A stretch of 64,000 nt of DNA, from contig JAHLWR010000018.1 in NCBI GenBank assembly GCA_019057815.1, positions 1-64,000 of the forward strand, read 5' to 3'. Position numbers and translations under genes: made by a program. The notes under the pieces were generated by a model, which was not told the DNA's origin, made no database searches, and saw only the letters and a program-made list of their open reading frames with translations. This stretch comes from Candidatus Heimdallarchaeota archaeon (GTDB taxonomy: Archaea; Asgardarchaeota; Heimdallarchaeia; Heimdallarchaeales; Heimdallarchaeaceae). Below, piece by piece: positions 61,118-64,000 of the stretch; positions within the stretch are counted from its first letter, which is position 1, and each line of letters opens with the position of its first letter.

Positions 61118-61933
61118 ATGAAAGTAATCTCCATTATCCCTATAGTTTCAACAAAAGTAATTGATGAAAAAGATGAGCTTATTGATGTAATTATAGCTTC
61201 AATTACAAAAGAAGGAATTACTCTTCAAGATAATGACATACTAGTTATTGCTAGTAAAGTTGTTTCAATGGCTGAAAAAGAGGTTATTGATTATAGTAAA
61301 ATTAGTCCTACTGAAACAGCAAAAAAACTAGCAATAAAAGCTAGAATACCCGCAGAATTTGCACAAATAATTTTAGATGAATGTGATAATCAATTTATCG
61401 GGACAGTTCCAGGAGCTATTACTACAGTTCATAAGTATGGATTATTAGCGAATGCTGGAGCAGATCAATCAAATATAGGGGAAAACCGGGCGATTATTCT
61501 TCCAAAAGATTGCAACAAATCTGCAAAAAACATTCATATTAAACTAAGAGAAATATCTGACAAATTTGTGGGAATAGTTATTGCGGATTCGAGGACAATG
61601 CCTGTAAGACTTGGAACCGTTGGATGTGCATTAGGAACTTACGGTTTTAAATCAGTGACTGATGAAAGAGGAAAATTGGATCTGTTTAACAGACCAATAC
61701 ATATTACTACTCGAGCAATAGCTGATCAGCTCGCTACAGCAGCTGAATTAGTTATGGGGGAAACCAATGAAAGAGTACCATTTGTTATAATACGTGGTTA
61801 TCCAATCGAAAGGGTCACTCCAGATAATGAAAGAAACATTAACACCTTAATCACAAAAGAAGATTGCATGTTTCTTGGACCGCTATTACCCTGCTTAGAA
61901 TTTAAAAAGAAAAGTGATAATAATGAAAATTGA
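61118..61933 (+). CDS. cofE: CofE-family gamma-glutamyl ligase (F420-0:glutamate ligase-like; possibly FolC2)
   Basis: DILVIASKVVSMAE, ANAGADQSN, IADSRTMPVRLG, DERGKLDLF, ADQLATAAELVMGE. Confidence 0.85.
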   Translation: MKVISIIPIVSTKVIDEKDELIDVIIASITKEGITLQDNDILVIASKVVSMAEKEVIDYSKISPTETAKKLAIKARIPAEFAQIILDECDNQFIGTVPGAITTVHKYGLLANAGADQSNIGENRAIILPKDCNKSAKNIHIKLREISDKFVGIVIADSRTMPVRLGTVGCALGTYGFKSVTDERGKLDLFNRPIHITTRAIADQLATAAELVMGETNERVPFVIIRGYPIERVTPDNERNINTLITKEDCMFLGPLLPCLEFKKKSDNNEN

Positions 61934-62780
61934 AGGTTTTTTAGGTAAAATTCTTGTTGGAGATAGCTTTCCTTGTCGGATTGTAGGGATTGTTAACCTT
62001 TCTTCTACTTCATTCTATCGAAAATCAATTAGTACAAAGGAAACAATAGAAGATAATGTGATGAGAATGATTAAAGAAGGAGCGGATTGTTTGGATATTG
62101 GTGCACAATCTACTCGTCCTATTCAAATATATGGGGGGGAAGGAAGAATTGATTCAGAGGAAGAGGAAAAAATCATACAAAGTGCATTATCTATTGTTTT
62201 TGATTTCATTAGCTCATATGATAATGTTGAGCTTTCTGTTGACACAACAAGAAGCAATGTAACAGACTATGCTTTGAAAAAAGGTGTTCGCATAATTAAT
62301 GATATATCTGGTTTTAAAAAAGACCAACGAGTAGCACAACTTATTGGTGATTATGATGCTTCTGCTGTTGTTATGGCCTCAAAAAATGAACCAGGTGACA
62401 TTTTTCAAATTAATGACATAATAGAAGAATTAGATAAGAGTATAATTATCGGAGAGAAAAATAAAATCAGACCCAATAACATTTTGATTGATCCTGGTAT
62501 TGGAAGTTGGGAAGCAAGATCATACAAACATGACTACAATATTATCAAGAAGCTGAAAGATTTTCGAATTTTAGAAAAATCCATCTATATGGGTATTAGT
62601 AGAAAAACATCTATTGGAAAGGCTATTAACGATGCACCATCTGAAAGTAGACTCTATGGTTCTATAGGCGCAACTATGATAGCATTAGTAAATGGAGCAC
62701 ACGTTATACGTACTCACGATGTCAAACCCACTCTAGAAGCAATTAGAGTTGGAGAAACAATTCTTAAATACCAATCATAG
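61914..62780 (+). CDS. folP: Dihydropteroate synthase (likely start ATG 61923)
   Basis: GIVNLSSTSFY, DIGAQSTRP, SVDT, INDISG, IDPGIG, ISRK, IRTHDV. Confidence 0.92.
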   Translation: MIIMKIEGFLGKILVGDSFPCRIVGIVNLSSTSFYRKSISTKETIEDNVMRMIKEGADCLDIGAQSTRPIQIYGGEGRIDSEEEEKIIQSALSIVFDFISSYDNVELSVDTTRSNVTDYALKKGVRIINDISGFKKDQRVAQLIGDYDASAVVMASKNEPGDIFQINDIIEELDKSIIIGEKNKIRPNNILIDPGIGSWEARSYKHDYNIIKKLKDFRILEKSIYMGISRKTSIGKAINDAPSESRLYGSIGATMIALVNGAHVIRTHDVKPTLEAIRVGETILKYQS

Positions 62781-62789
62781 GGAGAAGAT

Positions 62790-63629
62790 TTAGGAAAAAC
62801 GAGCAATTAAAAACCATGAGATAACGAAAACTACAACAGCTATGATATTCAAAATCGCATAAATATTAGAAGTCTCATTATCATAAATACGATCAATATC
62901 TTCAGCTATCCCAGCTAGTTTATAGTCTACGGAATTGAGTAATTCTTTTTCTTCCTTGGAGTCAATCTCTTTTTCTACAGTTGCACTTAAAATATCAACA
63001 AAACCATGCAAAATACGTTTATCTTCATCAAGTAATGTAGATGAGTGTAGAGAATCTAGTCTCAAATGAAGTTTTCTTACTTCCTCTGGAGCAAGTTGGG
63101 GAATTTTCCATTTAAGTTCAACACTTACAAGATTGGATAGATGTCTTGTGTGATCATCATAATAAATACCAAAAGATAGAGGTTTATAATCAAAATCGTT
63201 AATTAATCTGAAAAAACTTATATCAAGATCCTTCTGATTCTTAGAACCATAGTATTTAGAAGGATCAATAACCATAGCAACTGCTTCAGGGAATAAATTC
63301 TGATAAGTACGTTGAGTGCCTTTGTCAGTTCCAGAAAGAAAAGTACCATATCCGGGATGTGTATGCCACCATCCAACAATATACTCCTCGCCTTCCCTCT
63401 CTTGCAGATCCTTCACTATCTGTACAAGTGCTTCATCATCTATTACTACATAGGTTGCGGTCTGCTTCTGCTTTCCAGTATCCATGTCAGTAATAATTAG
63501 AGTATCTGTATCTTTGTCAATGTACCCTAAAAGTACTCCAGCTGATTCCTTGGTGTGATCCATTGAATCAACGGTCAGACATTTAGCAATAGCATTTGCT
63601 GACATTAAGATTTCTTTATCATCACTCAT
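62790..63629 (-). CDS. JAMM/MPN+ metalloprotease (Rpn11/CSN5/AMSH-like) with C-terminal TM anchor
   Basis: ESAGVLLG plus GWWHTHPGYGTFLSGTD JAMM motif, AMVIDP; terminal hydrophobic helix IYAILNIIAVVVFVISWFLIA. Confidence 0.9.
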   Translation of the reverse strand: MSDDKEILMSANAIAKCLTVDSMDHTKESAGVLLGYIDKDTDTLIITDMDTGKQKQTATYVVIDDEALVQIVKDLQEREGEEYIVGWWHTHPGYGTFLSGTDKGTQRTYQNLFPEAVAMVIDPSKYYGSKNQKDLDISFFRLINDFDYKPLSFGIYYDDHTRHLSNLVSVELKWKIPQLAPEEVRKLHLRLDSLHSSTLLDEDKRILHGFVDILSATVEKEIDSKEEKELLNSVDYKLAGIAEDIDRIYDNETSNIYAILNIIAVVVFVISWFLIARFS

Positions 63630-63679
63630 ATCTTAATAATATCTATCAAATGAAAGTTTAAATTTCTTCCGCATTGATA

Positions 63680-64000
63680 CTACTTTGTGGTATTAATTTT
63701 ACTTATCATTGGATGGATAGTTAGACAATAATGAGCCATGCCCTTTAGAGTAATAACATCTTGATGGTTTTCAGGAATTTTGAGAGTGTTGGTTTTATCC
63801 AAAACATCCATCATCGCCCAGATTGCTAAAAATAAATCTAGAGGATATCCTTTGGGATATATTTCTGCTAATAAAGGTGCATTGACTTCTTTTAGGTGCA
63901 CATCATATCCTTTTAGAAACGCCTTTATGTCCTCCGCAACAGCTTCAAAATCATGTGTATCTCTAAATTCAACAATTGCTTGTCTTCCGAAAAAAGTTCC
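63680..64000 (-). CDS. Hypothetical protein, 5'-truncated by the window edge
   Basis: Frame stays open to the window end (GTFFGRQAIVEFRDTHDFEAVAEDIKAFLKGYDVHLKE...). Confidence 0.65.
   Translation of the reverse strand, partial: GTFFGRQAIVEFRDTHDFEAVAEDIKAFLKGYDVHLKEVNAPLLAEIYPKGYPLDLFLAIWAMMDVLDKTNTLKIPENHQDVITLKGMAHYCLTIHPMISKINTTK

Overview
AT-rich (about 30% GC by eye), gene-dense archaeal chromosome segment. Archaeal core genes (TFB, PriS/PriL, KEOPS subunits Kae1/Bud32/Cgi121, archaeal AlaRS/ArgRS, AMP phosphorylase, SepF) occur with eukaryote-signature-like proteins (several roadblock/longin-like proteins, a RING protein, a JAMM protease, eukaryote-like primase), which points to an Asgard archaeon, probably Heimdallarchaeia (inference). 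The window opens in the 3' part of an IS200/IS605 tnpB with an intact right end; three short copies of that right-end motif recur elsewhere. Highlights: (1) a cluster at 19.3-26.0 kb of roadblock/longin-like genes, three of which share a clearly paralogous C-terminal domain, around an acidic repeat protein; (2) dispersed parts of a possible ubiquitin-like system (Ubl with a GG-FL extension, tail-anchored JAMM protease, winged-helix-repeat RING protein); (3) a Site-1-protease-like subtilase; (4) a box C/D sRNA at 47.3 kb and a GC-rich structured RNA candidate at 59.3 kb; (5) a cofE-like gene coupled to folP (possible FolC2); (6) two small Cys-rich ORFs missing from the ORF track. No rRNA, tRNA or CRISPR array was seen. 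All family calls come from motifs read by eye, with no database search.
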